Source: Elusimicrobiota bacterium (lineage in GTDB: Bacteria > Elusimicrobiota > Elusimicrobia > UBA1565 > UBA9628). Taken from it: a stretch of 12,016 nt of DNA. The stretch is from positions 1 through 12,016 of the forward strand of contig DAHVNA010000044.1 in the NCBI GenBank assembly GCA_027319565.1, given 5' to 3'. The position numbers were made by a program, and so were the translations under genes. Numbering within the stretch: position 1 is the stretch's first letter; each line of letters begins with the position of its first letter. Shown piece by piece: positions 1 to 7,548 of this stretch. The notes under the pieces are model-generated. The model was not told the DNA's origin and made no database searches. It worked only from the letters and a program-made list of their open reading frames with translations.

Positions 1-15
1 GTCCCTCTTGGCCAT
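1..15 (-). CDS. 5' end of a gene running off the left edge (MAKRD...), product unknown
   Basis: Minus-strand ATG at 15-13, AGGAG Shine-Dalgarno at 25-21 (5-nt spacing), and a consensus promoter upstream. Only 5 codons are visible. Confidence 0.6.
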
Positions 16-26
16 TCGCTCTCCTA

Positions 27-56
27 AATACAGTTGCGATATTACGCAACTGTATT
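27..56. promoter_or_regulatory. Perfect 12-bp inverted repeat, candidate operator
   Basis: AATACAGTTGCG (27-38) - ATATTA - CGCAACTGTATT (45-56). It overlaps the -10 box and predicted start site of the leftward promoter. Confidence 0.7.
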
Positions 57-83
57 ATAAGGGATAGCGCAAGACGTTGTCAA
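54..83 (-). promoter_or_regulatory. sigma70-type promoter for the leftward gene
   Basis: Minus strand TTGACA (83-78), 18-bp spacer, TATAAT (59-54); both hexamers are perfect consensus. Confidence 0.8.
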
Positions 84-106
84 ACAGATTGGGCCAAAAA
101 ATCACT

Positions 107-135
107 TTGACTTTCGGCCTGATCTCCGCTATAAT
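107..135 (+). promoter_or_regulatory. sigma70-type promoter of the ars unit
   Basis: TTGACT (107-112), 17-bp spacer, TATAAT (130-135), 16 nt before the arsR ATG. Confidence 0.8.
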
Positions 136-153
136 ATACGCATAAGCATATAT
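134..153. promoter_or_regulatory. Candidate ArsR operator 1 (ATATACG-N6-CATATAT)
   Basis: Imperfect dyad spanning the -10 end to the arsR ATG; the same arms recur at 516-535. Confidence 0.7.
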
Positions 154-499
154 GAAAGCTCCCGCTGACCGGATGTTTAGGGCGTTCGCGGATGAAACGC
201 GGCTGAGGATTCTTAACCTCCTGGCGCGCCGCCGGGAGCTTTGCGTTTGCGATATCCAGAAAATTCTGGGCGTTTCTCAGCCCAAGGTCTCCAGGCACCT
301 CGCATATTTGCGAAGCGCCGGCCTCGTAAACGTTCGCAAAGAGAGATTGTGGAAGCATTACTCTCTGACAAAGGCCGAGAGCGGCTTTCATCGCGGATTA
401 ATTGGATGCCTGCGGGGATGCTTTTCCGAGGTCAAAACTCTGCGACAAGACTTAAAGACGCTCAAAAAAATTCAGTCTCGAAAGGCGACGTGTGACTGA
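152..499 (+). CDS. arsR: ArsR/SmtB-family As(III)-responsive repressor
   Basis: FRAFADETRLRIL, the alpha3 metal-binding motif ELCVCDI, HTH SQPKVSRHLAYLRSAGLV; adjacent to arsC-acr3. Confidence 0.95.
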   Translation: MKAPADRMFRAFADETRLRILNLLARRRELCVCDIQKILGVSQPKVSRHLAYLRSAGLVNVRKERLWKHYSLTKAESGFHRGLIGCLRGCFSEVKTLRQDLKTLKKIQSRKATCD

Positions 500-515
500 T
501 TTTTTTACGCTTTAT

Positions 516-535
516 ATATACGAGAATCCATATAT
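516..535. promoter_or_regulatory. Candidate ArsR operator 2 (ATATACG-N6-CATATAT)
   Basis: Both 7-bp arms are identical to those at 134-153. It overlaps a TATAAT at 533-538 and abuts the GGAG RBS (539-542). Confidence 0.7.
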
Positions 536-547
536 AATGGAGAGAAA

Positions 548-1993
548 ATGAAAAAGGCGTTGTTTGTGTGCGTTGAAAACTCCTGCCGCAGCCAGATGGC
601 GGAAGGATTTGCCCGCAAACTCGGTCAAGGCGTCCTGGAGGTCTTTAGCGCCGGCTCAAGACCGTCCGGACAAGTCAATCTCCGGGCCATCGCCTTTATG
701 AAGGAAAAGGAAATTGATATCGGCGTCCAGGCATCAAAAGGCTTAGGGGATCTTCCCAGGGCCGAGTGGGATTACATCGTGACGATGGGTTGCGGAGACG
801 CCTGCCCCTCTCTTCCGGCCAAAAACCGGCTCGATTGGAACCTGCCCGACCCGAAGAATCTTTCGGATGACGATTTTCGCCATATAAGAGATGAGATCGA
901 ACTTCGCGTCAAGAATTTAATTGACACGGCGAACAATCCGAACGACAAACCCAAAAAACATCTTTCATTTTTAGACCGCTATCTGACGGCGTGGATATTC
1001 GCCGCGATGGCGCTGGGAATCGCTCTTGGATTTTTCGCGCCGGGCATTCCGGCTTTCATCAACCGCTTTCAATCAGGCACGACCAACATCCCCATCGCCA
1101 TCGGTCTTATCCTGATGATGTATCCGCCCTTGGCCAAGGTGCGCTATGAAAATCTCGGCGGGGTCTTTCGCGATAAAAAAGTTCTGGGCCTGTCTCTTCT
1201 CCAAAATTGGGTTATTGGTCCGGCGCTCATGTTTGCGCTCGCTATTATTTTTCTGCGGCGCTATCCCGAATACATGGTCGGCCTTATCCTGATCGGCCTT
1301 GCGCGCTGTATCGCGATGGTGATCGTTTGGAACGAATTGGCGAGCGGAGACGCGGAATACGCGGCCGGCCTCGTCGCCTTTAACAGCGTCTTTCAAGTTC
1401 TCTTCTACAGCGTCTACGCCTGGCTGTTCATCACGAAAGCGCTTCCGCTCTTGGGATTTTCCGGCGCGGCCATTGATATCGGCATGGGACAAATCGCGCG
1501 CAGCGTTTTTATCTACCTCGGCATTCCCTTTCTCGCTGGGATGCTGACTCGGCTCGCCTTGGTCCGGGCAAAAGGAAAGGACTGGTATCATCGGTTTTTT
1601 ATCCCTAAGATCAGTCCGCTGACGCTGATATCCCTTCTCTTTACCATCGTCGTCATGTTTAGCCTGAAAGGAGAGATGATTGTCAAAATTCCGCTCGACG
1701 TTTTGCGAATCGCCCTGCCGCTTCTGATTTATTTCGTCTTGATGTTTTTAATCAGCTTCTGGCTTGGGAAAAAAGCGGGCGCGGACTATTCCAAGGCGGC
1801 GACTCTCTCATTTACGGCCGCCAGCAATAATTTTGAGCTGGCCATCGCGGTCGCGGTGGCGGTATTTGGACTTAACTCGGGACAAGCGTTCGCCGCGGTC
1901 ATTGGGCCCTTGGTCGAGGTTCCGGTTCTCATCGGGCTTGTGAATGTCTCGCTTTTTTTCCAGAGGCGATATTTTAAAGACAAACGGGGATAA
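548..1993 (+). CDS. arsC-acr3: Fused arsenate reductase (LMW-PTP fold, about aa 1-128) and Acr3 arsenite efflux transporter
   Basis: N-terminal [13 protein letters not shown] (CX5R loop), [13 protein letters not shown]; then [44 protein letters not shown] and many hydrophobic helices. One open frame with no Met in the linker. Confidence 0.95.
   Translation: MKKALFVCVENSCRSQMAEGFARKLGQGVLEVFSAGSRPSGQVNLRAIAFMKEKEIDIGVQASKGLGDLPRAEWDYIVTMGCGDACPSLPAKNRLDWNLPDPKNLSDDDFRHIRDEIELRVKNLIDTANNPNDKPKKHLSFLDRYLTAWIFAAMALGIALGFFAPGIPAFINRFQSGTTNIPIAIGLILMMYPPLAKVRYENLGGVFRDKKVLGLSLLQNWVIGPALMFALAIIFLRRYPEYMVGLILIGLARCIAMVIVWNELASGDAEYAAGLVAFNSVFQVLFYSVYAWLFITKALPLLGFSGAAIDIGMGQIARSVFIYLGIPFLAGMLTRLALVRAKGKDWYHRFFIPKISPLTLISLLFTIVVMFSLKGEMIVKIPLDVLRIALPLLIYFVLMFLISFWLGKKAGADYSKAATLSFTAASNNFELAIAVAVAVFGLNSGQAFAAVIGPLVEVPVLIGLVNVSLFFQRRYFKDKRG
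1912..1982 (+). repeat. Direct repeat copy 1 (3' end of acr3), 71 bp
   Basis: 68/71 identical to 3482-3552; the first 51 bp are identical. Confidence 0.97.
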
Positions 1994-1995
1994 GG

Positions 1996-2039
1996 AGTTC
2001 GCCTAAAAAGGGCGAATTGGGGACTTTTTTTACTTTTTT
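1996..2039 (+). terminator. Possible intrinsic terminator after acr3
   Basis: Stem AGTTCGCCT/GGGCGAATT (two G-U pairs, AAAAA loop). The T-rich run starts 6 nt after the stem, which is not ideal geometry. Confidence 0.45.
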
Positions 2040-3225
2040 AGCGGCGGCTGATTGCCGGCGGATGAGGAATCGAGCGCAAAAATTCTTGAAAGCCGACGGC
2101 CCTGATTTTATCAGCTAGCGGGAAGGACTGCTTTCCAGGAAATATCAGCAACAGCTCGTCGAGATGAAGATCTTGCATCGCGATTTTCATGGAAGGCGTT
2201 AAGCGCGGGGAATCCGTGTATTTGATCTCATATCCGAGGCGGCGGTTGTTTTTGATCAATAATAGGTCCAGCTCGGCTTGATTGTGCGTCGCCCAAAAAT
2301 AAGCTTCCCCAGGACCCGCCTGGCTGGCCCGAATGATCTCTTCGATGGCCCACCCTTCCCAAGAGGCTCCGAGTTTCGGGTGAGACATCACGTCTTTTTC
2401 AGCGCGGCAGCCTATCAGCGAATGAAAAATTCCGGAGTCCCGAAAATAAATTTTGGGCGCCTTGACCTGGCGCTTTTTTAAATTTTCATGCCAGGGCGGG
2501 AGACTCCGCAGCATGAAAGCTCCGCAGAGGATATCGAGATATCGGCGCATGGAATCATCCGAGAGCCCCAGGGATTGGCCAATCTCGGAGGCGTTGAAAG
2601 TTTGTCCGTGATAATGGGCCAGCATCGTCCAAAAGCGGCGCAAGGACGAGGCAGGGACGCGAAATCCAAGGGCTGGAATGTCCCGTTCTAAAAAAGTGGA
2701 GATATAATCTTTCCGCCATTGGGCCGATTCCTCATCTTTGCGGGCTAAAAACGATTTTGGGTAGCCGCCGCGAAGCCAAAGCCGCCTAAGGGCTTTTTCA
2801 GGAACTTCCTCCGCCGTAAAGGGCGAAAGCTCCACAAAACCGATGCGCCCGGCCAAGGACTCCGAACCCTGGCGAATGAGATCTCGCGAGGCGCTCCCCA
2901 AAATAAGAAAGCGCGCCGGAATCGGGCGGCGATCGGAGAGGACGCGCAGGGTCTCAAAAAGATTCGGACGGCGCTGAATTTCATCTATAATGACGACTCC
3001 GCGCAAATTCTCAAGAGCCAACTTAGGCGTCTCAAGCCGAGCGAGATCGGTCTCGTCTTCGAGGTCGAAAAACGCGGAGTTTCGCGCGAGAGGAGAAAGC
3101 TTTAAAAATTGCCGCGCGAGGGTCGTTTTTCCGCATTGGCGCGGCCCTAAAACCGCGACGACGGGGTAAATCCTCGACAGACGGCTGACTTCCGAAAGCG
3201 CGCGCCTTCTCTCTATGAGTTCCAT
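2038..3225 (-). CDS. AAA_14-type ATPase with DUF4143 and C-terminal PD-(D/E)xK-like motif
   Basis: Walker A GPRQCGKTT, Walker B IIDEIQ, LGSAS, ESLAGR, RGGYP, KRQVKAPKIYFRDSG, GASWEG, and ELDLL...GYEIK. Confidence 0.92.
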   Translation of the reverse strand: MELIERRRALSEVSRLSRIYPVVAVLGPRQCGKTTLARQFLKLSPLARNSAFFDLEDETDLARLETPKLALENLRGVVIIDEIQRRPNLFETLRVLSDRRPIPARFLILGSASRDLIRQGSESLAGRIGFVELSPFTAEEVPEKALRRLWLRGGYPKSFLARKDEESAQWRKDYISTFLERDIPALGFRVPASSLRRFWTMLAHYHGQTFNASEIGQSLGLSDDSMRRYLDILCGAFMLRSLPPWHENLKKRQVKAPKIYFRDSGIFHSLIGCRAEKDVMSHPKLGASWEGWAIEEIIRASQAGPGEAYFWATHNQAELDLLLIKNNRRLGYEIKYTDSPRLTPSMKIAMQDLHLDELLLIFPGKQSFPLADKIRAVGFQEFLRSIPHPPAISRR

Positions 3226-3235
3226 GACAGCTGAT

Positions 3236-3265
3236 ATTATACCATGAAAAATACTTATCTGTTAA
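3236..3265 (-). promoter_or_regulatory. sigma70-type promoter with extended -10 for the ATPase gene
   Basis: Minus strand TTAACA (3265-3260), 18-bp spacer, TG-G-TATAAT (-10 at 3241-3236); the ATG is 10 nt downstream with no SD. Confidence 0.7.
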
Positions 3266-3280
3266 GAAATTTTCATGGTA
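3240..3280. promoter_or_regulatory. Inverted repeat over the ATPase promoter, candidate operator
   Basis: TACCATGAAAA (3240-3250) and TTTTCATGGTA (3270-3280), with inner CTTA/TAAG about the same centre (3260). Confidence 0.65.
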
Positions 3281-3424
3281 ATCAGTTTAATATGTCAGCG
3301 CGGCGCCTTGAGAAATTCATGGGACTATATCAACTATCAAGGCAAGCTTGGGGATTCAAGCGGAAATCCATTGAGCGGATCTTATTGTTTCGAGTTCTCC
3401 ATTGAAAACGCCGCAGGATTCTAA
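3275..3424 (+). pseudogene. Remnant of the N-terminal domain of a secreted tail-fibre-like/adhesin-like protein
   Basis: 49-codon frame MVISLICQRGALRNSWDYINYQGKLGDSSGNPLSGSYCFEFSIENAAGF*. The INYQGxLxDxxGxPxxGxYxxxFxI pattern resembles, from my recall, the N-terminus of large secreted fibre-like proteins. Confidence 0.6.
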
Positions 3425-3481
3425 AGTTTTAATGCGCTTTTCGTGGCAAGTGGGGGCAGTCTCCATTTCCCCCATTTCAAA

Positions 3482-3575
3482 GGTCGAGGTTCCGGTTCTC
3501 ATCGGGCTTGTGAATGTCTCGCTTTTTTTCCAAAGACGCTATTTTAAAGACACCGAGAGAGGGAAGTTCAGGTAA
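3482..3575 (+). repeat. Direct repeat copy 2: orphan acr3 3' end (repeat 3482-3552, frame open to TAA 3573-3575)
   Basis: Encodes [23 protein letters not shown] then TERGKFR*, against ...YFKDKRG* in the intact gene. Confidence 0.95.
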
Positions 3576-3591
3576 ACCGGGCGGAATTAAT

Positions 3592-3621
3592 TGGACAGGG
3601 CTCTAGAGAAACTAGTATATT
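3592..3621 (+). promoter_or_regulatory. Candidate promoter of the polyamine operon (leaderless geometry)
   Basis: TGGACA (3592-3597), 18-bp spacer, TATATT (3616-3621), 6 nt before the GTG at 3628. Confidence 0.5.
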
Positions 3622-3627
3622 GGCGAC

Positions 3628-4959
3628 GTGGGGAGCCGCTTAAAAGCCCAAATTGGGGCACATGGAAACACCGCTTTAAAACAAAGGGCAAAATTTGTCT
3701 CTAGCGGCGTTGCCGCCTACAGCTCCATCGTCGTTGACCACGCCCAAAACGCGACCCTCTGGGATAGCGAAGGAAAAAAGTATATCGATTTCGCCGGAGG
3801 AATCGGGGCGCTCAACGTTGGGCACTGCCATCCCAAGGTCGTCTCCGCGCTAAAGCGGCAAGCCGCCAAATTAACTCACACTTCTTTTCACGTCGCCAGT
3901 TATTCAGATTATGCGGCGGTCTGCGAAAAACTCTGCCGGACAATTCCCTCGCCTCTTCCCCAAAAAGCCGCGCTTTTTAACAGCGGAGCGGAAGCCGTTG
4001 AAAACGCCGTCAAGCTCGCTCGTTTTTTTACCCGAAGAAGCGCCGTCATTTCTTTCGGTTTCGCTTTCCACGGGCGCACGCTTTTGTGTTTGACCCTCAA
4101 CGGGCGAGAAAAAGTTTTAAAATCCGGCTTTGGCCCCTTCGCCCCGGAAATTTACCGCGCGCCTTTCCCCTATTCGTATCGCCCCCCCGCAGGCATAAAT
4201 CCAAAGGATTTGACCGAGTATTGCCTGGAAGAGTTAAAACGCTTGTGGCAATCAGAAATACCCGCAAATCAAACCGCCGCTTTAATTGTCGAGCCGGTTC
4301 AGGGCGAAGGCGGCTTTATCGTTCCCACGCCCAAATTTCTCAAGGGCTTAAGAGAACTTTGCGACGCCCACGGAATTGTTTTAATCATCGACGAGGTTCA
4401 AAGCGGGTTTGGGCGCACTGGAAAATTCTGGGCCTTTGAGCATGAGGAAGTCTTGCCGGATTTACTGGTCGTTGGAAAATCCCTCGCCGCCGGAATGCCT
4501 CTTTCTGCGGTCGTTGGCCGCTCCGAAATCATGGACGCTCCCCCCGCCGGAGCCATTGGCGGCACCTATGGCGGAAATCCTCTTGCCTGCGCTGCGGCGC
4601 TAGCGGTCTTTGAAATTTTTGAAAAAGAAAATATCCTCAACAAAGCGGGATCGGTCGCAAAAACCGTTCAGGCTCGATTTAACTCCTTTCAGAAAAAATT
4701 TTCCATTATCGGAGAATCTCGGGGCCTTGGCGCCATGCGCGCATTGGAACTGGTCTTGGACAAAAAAACCAAGGCTCCCTTGCCGGTCAATCAAGTTAAA
4801 CAAATTATCGCCGACTGCGAGAAAAAGGGCCTACTCCTCATCAAGGCCGGAATTTTCGACAATGTTTTGCGAACGCTAATGCCGCTGACCATTGAAGACG
4901 CAGACTTAAACGAAGGGCTCGACATTCTGGAAGAGACTTTAGAGGATTTCTGCTTATGA
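3628..4959 (+). CDS. gabT: Class III PLP aminotransferase, 4-aminobutyrate/5-aminovalerate transaminase-like
   Basis: [66 protein letters not shown] (PLP Lys), GGTYGGNP. The GTG start is uncertain. Confidence 0.85.
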   Translation: MGSRLKAQIGAHGNTALKQRAKFVSSGVAAYSSIVVDHAQNATLWDSEGKKYIDFAGGIGALNVGHCHPKVVSALKRQAAKLTHTSFHVASYSDYAAVCEKLCRTIPSPLPQKAALFNSGAEAVENAVKLARFFTRRSAVISFGFAFHGRTLLCLTLNGREKVLKSGFGPFAPEIYRAPFPYSYRPPAGINPKDLTEYCLEELKRLWQSEIPANQTAALIVEPVQGEGGFIVPTPKFLKGLRELCDAHGIVLIIDEVQSGFGRTGKFWAFEHEEVLPDLLVVGKSLAAGMPLSAVVGRSEIMDAPPAGAIGGTYGGNPLACAAALAVFEIFEKENILNKAGSVAKTVQARFNSFQKKFSIIGESRGLGAMRALELVLDKKTKAPLPVNQVKQIIADCEKKGLLLIKAGIFDNVLRTLMPLTIEDADLNEGLDILEETLEDFCL

Positions 4960-6131
4960 AAATCGCGGTCTTAGGCGGCTTTGGAGCGATGGCGGAAGGC
5001 GCGCTTTATTATTTGGCTCAAAACCCCAAGGTTAAATCCATTTTAGCCGCCGATATCGATCTAACGAGAGCGAATTCTCTCTTAAAATCCATCCCGCAAT
5101 CAAAAAAAATCAAGCCCGTTAAGCTTGACATCTCAAATTTAAACGCCGCTTCTCAGGCGCTGAAAGGTTCCGACTGCCTTCTCAACTGTTCCTGGTATGA
5201 ATTTAATCTAAGCGCCATGGATTTAAGCCTGGCTTTAAACGCCCACTATATCGATCTAGGCGGGCTTTATCATATGACGCTCAAACAACTGAAAAAAAAT
5301 GAAGAATTTAAACGCGCCAAACGCTTGGCCGTTTTAGGAATGGGCTCGGCCCCGGGGCTTTCCAATTTGATGGCATCTCACATCGCCAAGGATTTTGATT
5401 CCATCGACACTCTCGGAATTTATGACGCCAGCTTCGACCCGGCTTTAGATAAAAATAAACTCATTGTCCCTTTCTCAATCAAGACGCTTTTGGACGAACA
5501 TGGCCAAAAAGCGCCGATTCTTTTAAATGGAAAGCCGGTCAGCGTTTCCCCTCATTCTCTCGCGGAAGAAATTGATTTTAAAAAGCCCCTGGGCCGAATG
5601 AAAGTGGGAACGGTTATACATTCCGAAACCGCGACCTTGCCCCATTTTCTCAAATCCAAGAAAATCAAAAATTTGTTTTTTAAGATCGGATATCCCCCCC
5701 CTCTCAAAACCCAGTTGGAGATATTGGAAGCCGCCGGATTTTCAAGCGACCGGCCGATTTATCTTAACGGACAAGCGATTTCTCCCAAGTCCTTTTTAGC
5801 CGCGATGGCCCAGCAAAACGCTCGAAATCTATCGCCCACAAACGGGCGCGATTTTGAAATTTTAAGGGTGAAAGCCTCGGGAATCTCAAAAGGGAAATAT
5901 CTGGAAAAAATTCTCGACTGCGAGATGAGCGGAAACGGCAAAATTTCCGCCGGGACACTGGGAGTGGGAGTTCCCGCCGCCATCGCGGCTTTGATGATGA
6001 TTGAGGGAAAAACTTTGATCTCAAGCGGAGCGGCGGCGCCGGAAGAGGCTTTAAATCCTATCTCTGTTATTAAGGAACTTGAGCGTCTTCAAACTTTTAA
6101 TTTCGTCGAAACCGTGACAAAACCCATTTAA
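4956..6131 (+). CDS. Saccharopine dehydrogenase-family NAD(P)-dependent oxidoreductase; substrate unknown
   Basis: N-terminal Rossmann KIAVLGGFGAMA and AADID, HYIDLGG, GMGSAPGLSN, HSETATLP, G...PE. ATGA overlap with the gabT stop. Confidence 0.88.
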   Translation: MKIAVLGGFGAMAEGALYYLAQNPKVKSILAADIDLTRANSLLKSIPQSKKIKPVKLDISNLNAASQALKGSDCLLNCSWYEFNLSAMDLSLALNAHYIDLGGLYHMTLKQLKKNEEFKRAKRLAVLGMGSAPGLSNLMASHIAKDFDSIDTLGIYDASFDPALDKNKLIVPFSIKTLLDEHGQKAPILLNGKPVSVSPHSLAEEIDFKKPLGRMKVGTVIHSETATLPHFLKSKKIKNLFFKIGYPPPLKTQLEILEAAGFSSDRPIYLNGQAISPKSFLAAMAQQNARNLSPTNGRDFEILRVKASGISKGKYLEKILDCEMSGNGKISAGTLGVGVPAAIAALMMIEGKTLISSGAAAPEEALNPISVIKELERLQTFNFVETVTKPI

Positions 6132-6141
6132 GGAACCAGCT

Positions 6142-7548
6142 ATGAAAAAAACCGCGCAAGAGATACTCAAGGAAACGCAAAAAACTCTCGATCTTGTGGC
6201 CAAACCCGAGCTAAACGAGGAAGAAAAAAACTGGGTCACCGATGCCACCGCCAATTACTACTCCAGCCACGTCAACCCCGGCATTCTTGAATACCGGAAA
6301 TCAGTCTCGACGGAATATATCTCGGTTGAATGGGCCGACAGCGCCAACGGTTTTACCGATATTAAAGGAAGGCACTATTTGGACCTTCTCGGGGGATATG
6401 GAATTTTCAACGTCGGACATCGCCACCCTAAAGTCGTGGAAGCGGTCTCAAATCAGCTCAAAAGGCAAGCCCTTCACTCGCAAGAGCTTCTTGAGCCTTT
6501 TCGCGCGATTTTAGCGAAACTCATCCATGATATTACGCCCGGCGATCTTCAGTTTAGCTTCTTTGGAAATTCCGGCGCGGAAGCGGTTGAAGGAGCGATG
6601 AAACTCGCCATGCTTCACACCGGCCGCAAATCCTTTGTCGCCGCGACCTCGGCTTTTCACGGAAAAACATTGGGGGCTTTATCGGCGACGGCCAAAGCGA
6701 AATTTCGCCAGCCTTTCTTGCCTATATTGCCGGACTGCTACCATGTTCCCTATGGCGACGCCGATTATATCGAGTCCATCGTCCGCTCGGCCGACGAAGT
6801 CGGAAACGACATCGCGGGCGTCATTTTAGAGCCAATCCAAGGCGAAGGCGGAATCAATGTTCCTCCGGATGATTATTTCCCAAGGGTTCGGGAAATTTGC
6901 GACAGATACGGGGCGCTTCTAATCGCCGACGAAGTCCAGACCGGAATGGGCCGCACCGGGAAAATGTTTTGCGTGGACCACTGGGATGTCGTGCCCGACA
7001 TCATGTGCCTGGGAAAAGCGATGGGCGGAGGAGTCATGCCCATCGGCGCTTTTGTCTCCAACAAAACGATTTGGGAACAACTTTTTCCCGAGCCCTGGCT
7101 TCATTCAACCACTTTCGGCGGCAATCCCCTGGCCTGCGTCGCCGCCATCGCCAATATTCACGTTTTACTGGAAGAAAAGCTTCCCGAGCGCGCGGAAAAA
7201 ATGGGAAATGAGATAATGGCGAAACTCAAAGCCTTGCGCCGAAGGTTTCCGAAACTCTGCGCGGACGTTCGCGGCAAGGGGCTCATGATCGGCCTTGAGT
7301 TTCCCTCGGACGCCTTGGGTTATGAAATCGCCAAGGGTCTTTTCGATCACGGGGTTTTGGTCGCGGGAACTCTTTTTTCGGCCAAAACCATCCGCATCGA
7401 GCCGCCGCTGACCATCACCCAGCAGGAAGTAAATTCCGCTTTAGATACCATCGAGAAAGTGTTTAAAGAGGTCAATGCCCGCCATTTTGAGTCAAAAAAG
7501 CCGGCGGGAATCAAAAAACATGAAAAAGAGCCAAACACCCCCAGCTAA
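6142..7548 (+). CDS. patA: Putrescine aminotransferase (diamine:2-oxoacid transaminase)
   Basis: PatA/YgjG-type motifs [73 protein letters not shown] upstream. Confidence 0.92.
   Translation: MKKTAQEILKETQKTLDLVAKPELNEEEKNWVTDATANYYSSHVNPGILEYRKSVSTEYISVEWADSANGFTDIKGRHYLDLLGGYGIFNVGHRHPKVVEAVSNQLKRQALHSQELLEPFRAILAKLIHDITPGDLQFSFFGNSGAEAVEGAMKLAMLHTGRKSFVAATSAFHGKTLGALSATAKAKFRQPFLPILPDCYHVPYGDADYIESIVRSADEVGNDIAGVILEPIQGEGGINVPPDDYFPRVREICDRYGALLIADEVQTGMGRTGKMFCVDHWDVVPDIMCLGKAMGGGVMPIGAFVSNKTIWEQLFPEPWLHSTTFGGNPLACVAAIANIHVLLEEKLPERAEKMGNEIMAKLKALRRRFPKLCADVRGKGLMIGLEFPSDALGYEIAKGLFDHGVLVAGTLFSAKTIRIEPPLTITQQEVNSALDTIEKVFKEVNARHFESKKPAGIKKHEKEPNTPS

Noticed and set aside
80..391. 103-aa minus-strand ORF and the 241-495 alternate-frame ORF
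   Set aside because: Shadows of arsR with no recognisable motifs.
1073..1591. 172-aa antisense ORF (also 772-954 and 1786-1983)
   Set aside because: Lie wholly opposite arsC-acr3; typical antisense shadows.
3244..3405. 53-aa ORF MKNTYLLRNF...VLH
   Set aside because: No RBS or motif; it overlaps the opposite promoter and the better-supported remnant frame.
1912..3552. Repeat pair as a CRISPR array or IS target-site duplication
   Set aside because: Only two copies, 71 bp long and protein-coding, with no cas gene, transposase or terminal inverted repeats.
3637..3696. Loose CCGCTT(T)AAAA repeat at the gabT 5' end
   Set aside because: Short, degenerate and explained by codon content.
5694..5701. 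C8 tract (also C7 at 4182-4188) as a phase-variation site
   Set aside because: In frame, encodes prolines in metabolic enzymes, and homopolymers are common in this window.
4956..6131. Naming the oxidoreductase lys9, CASDH or hss
   Set aside because: Motifs support only the superfamily, and no pathway partners for those functions are adjacent.
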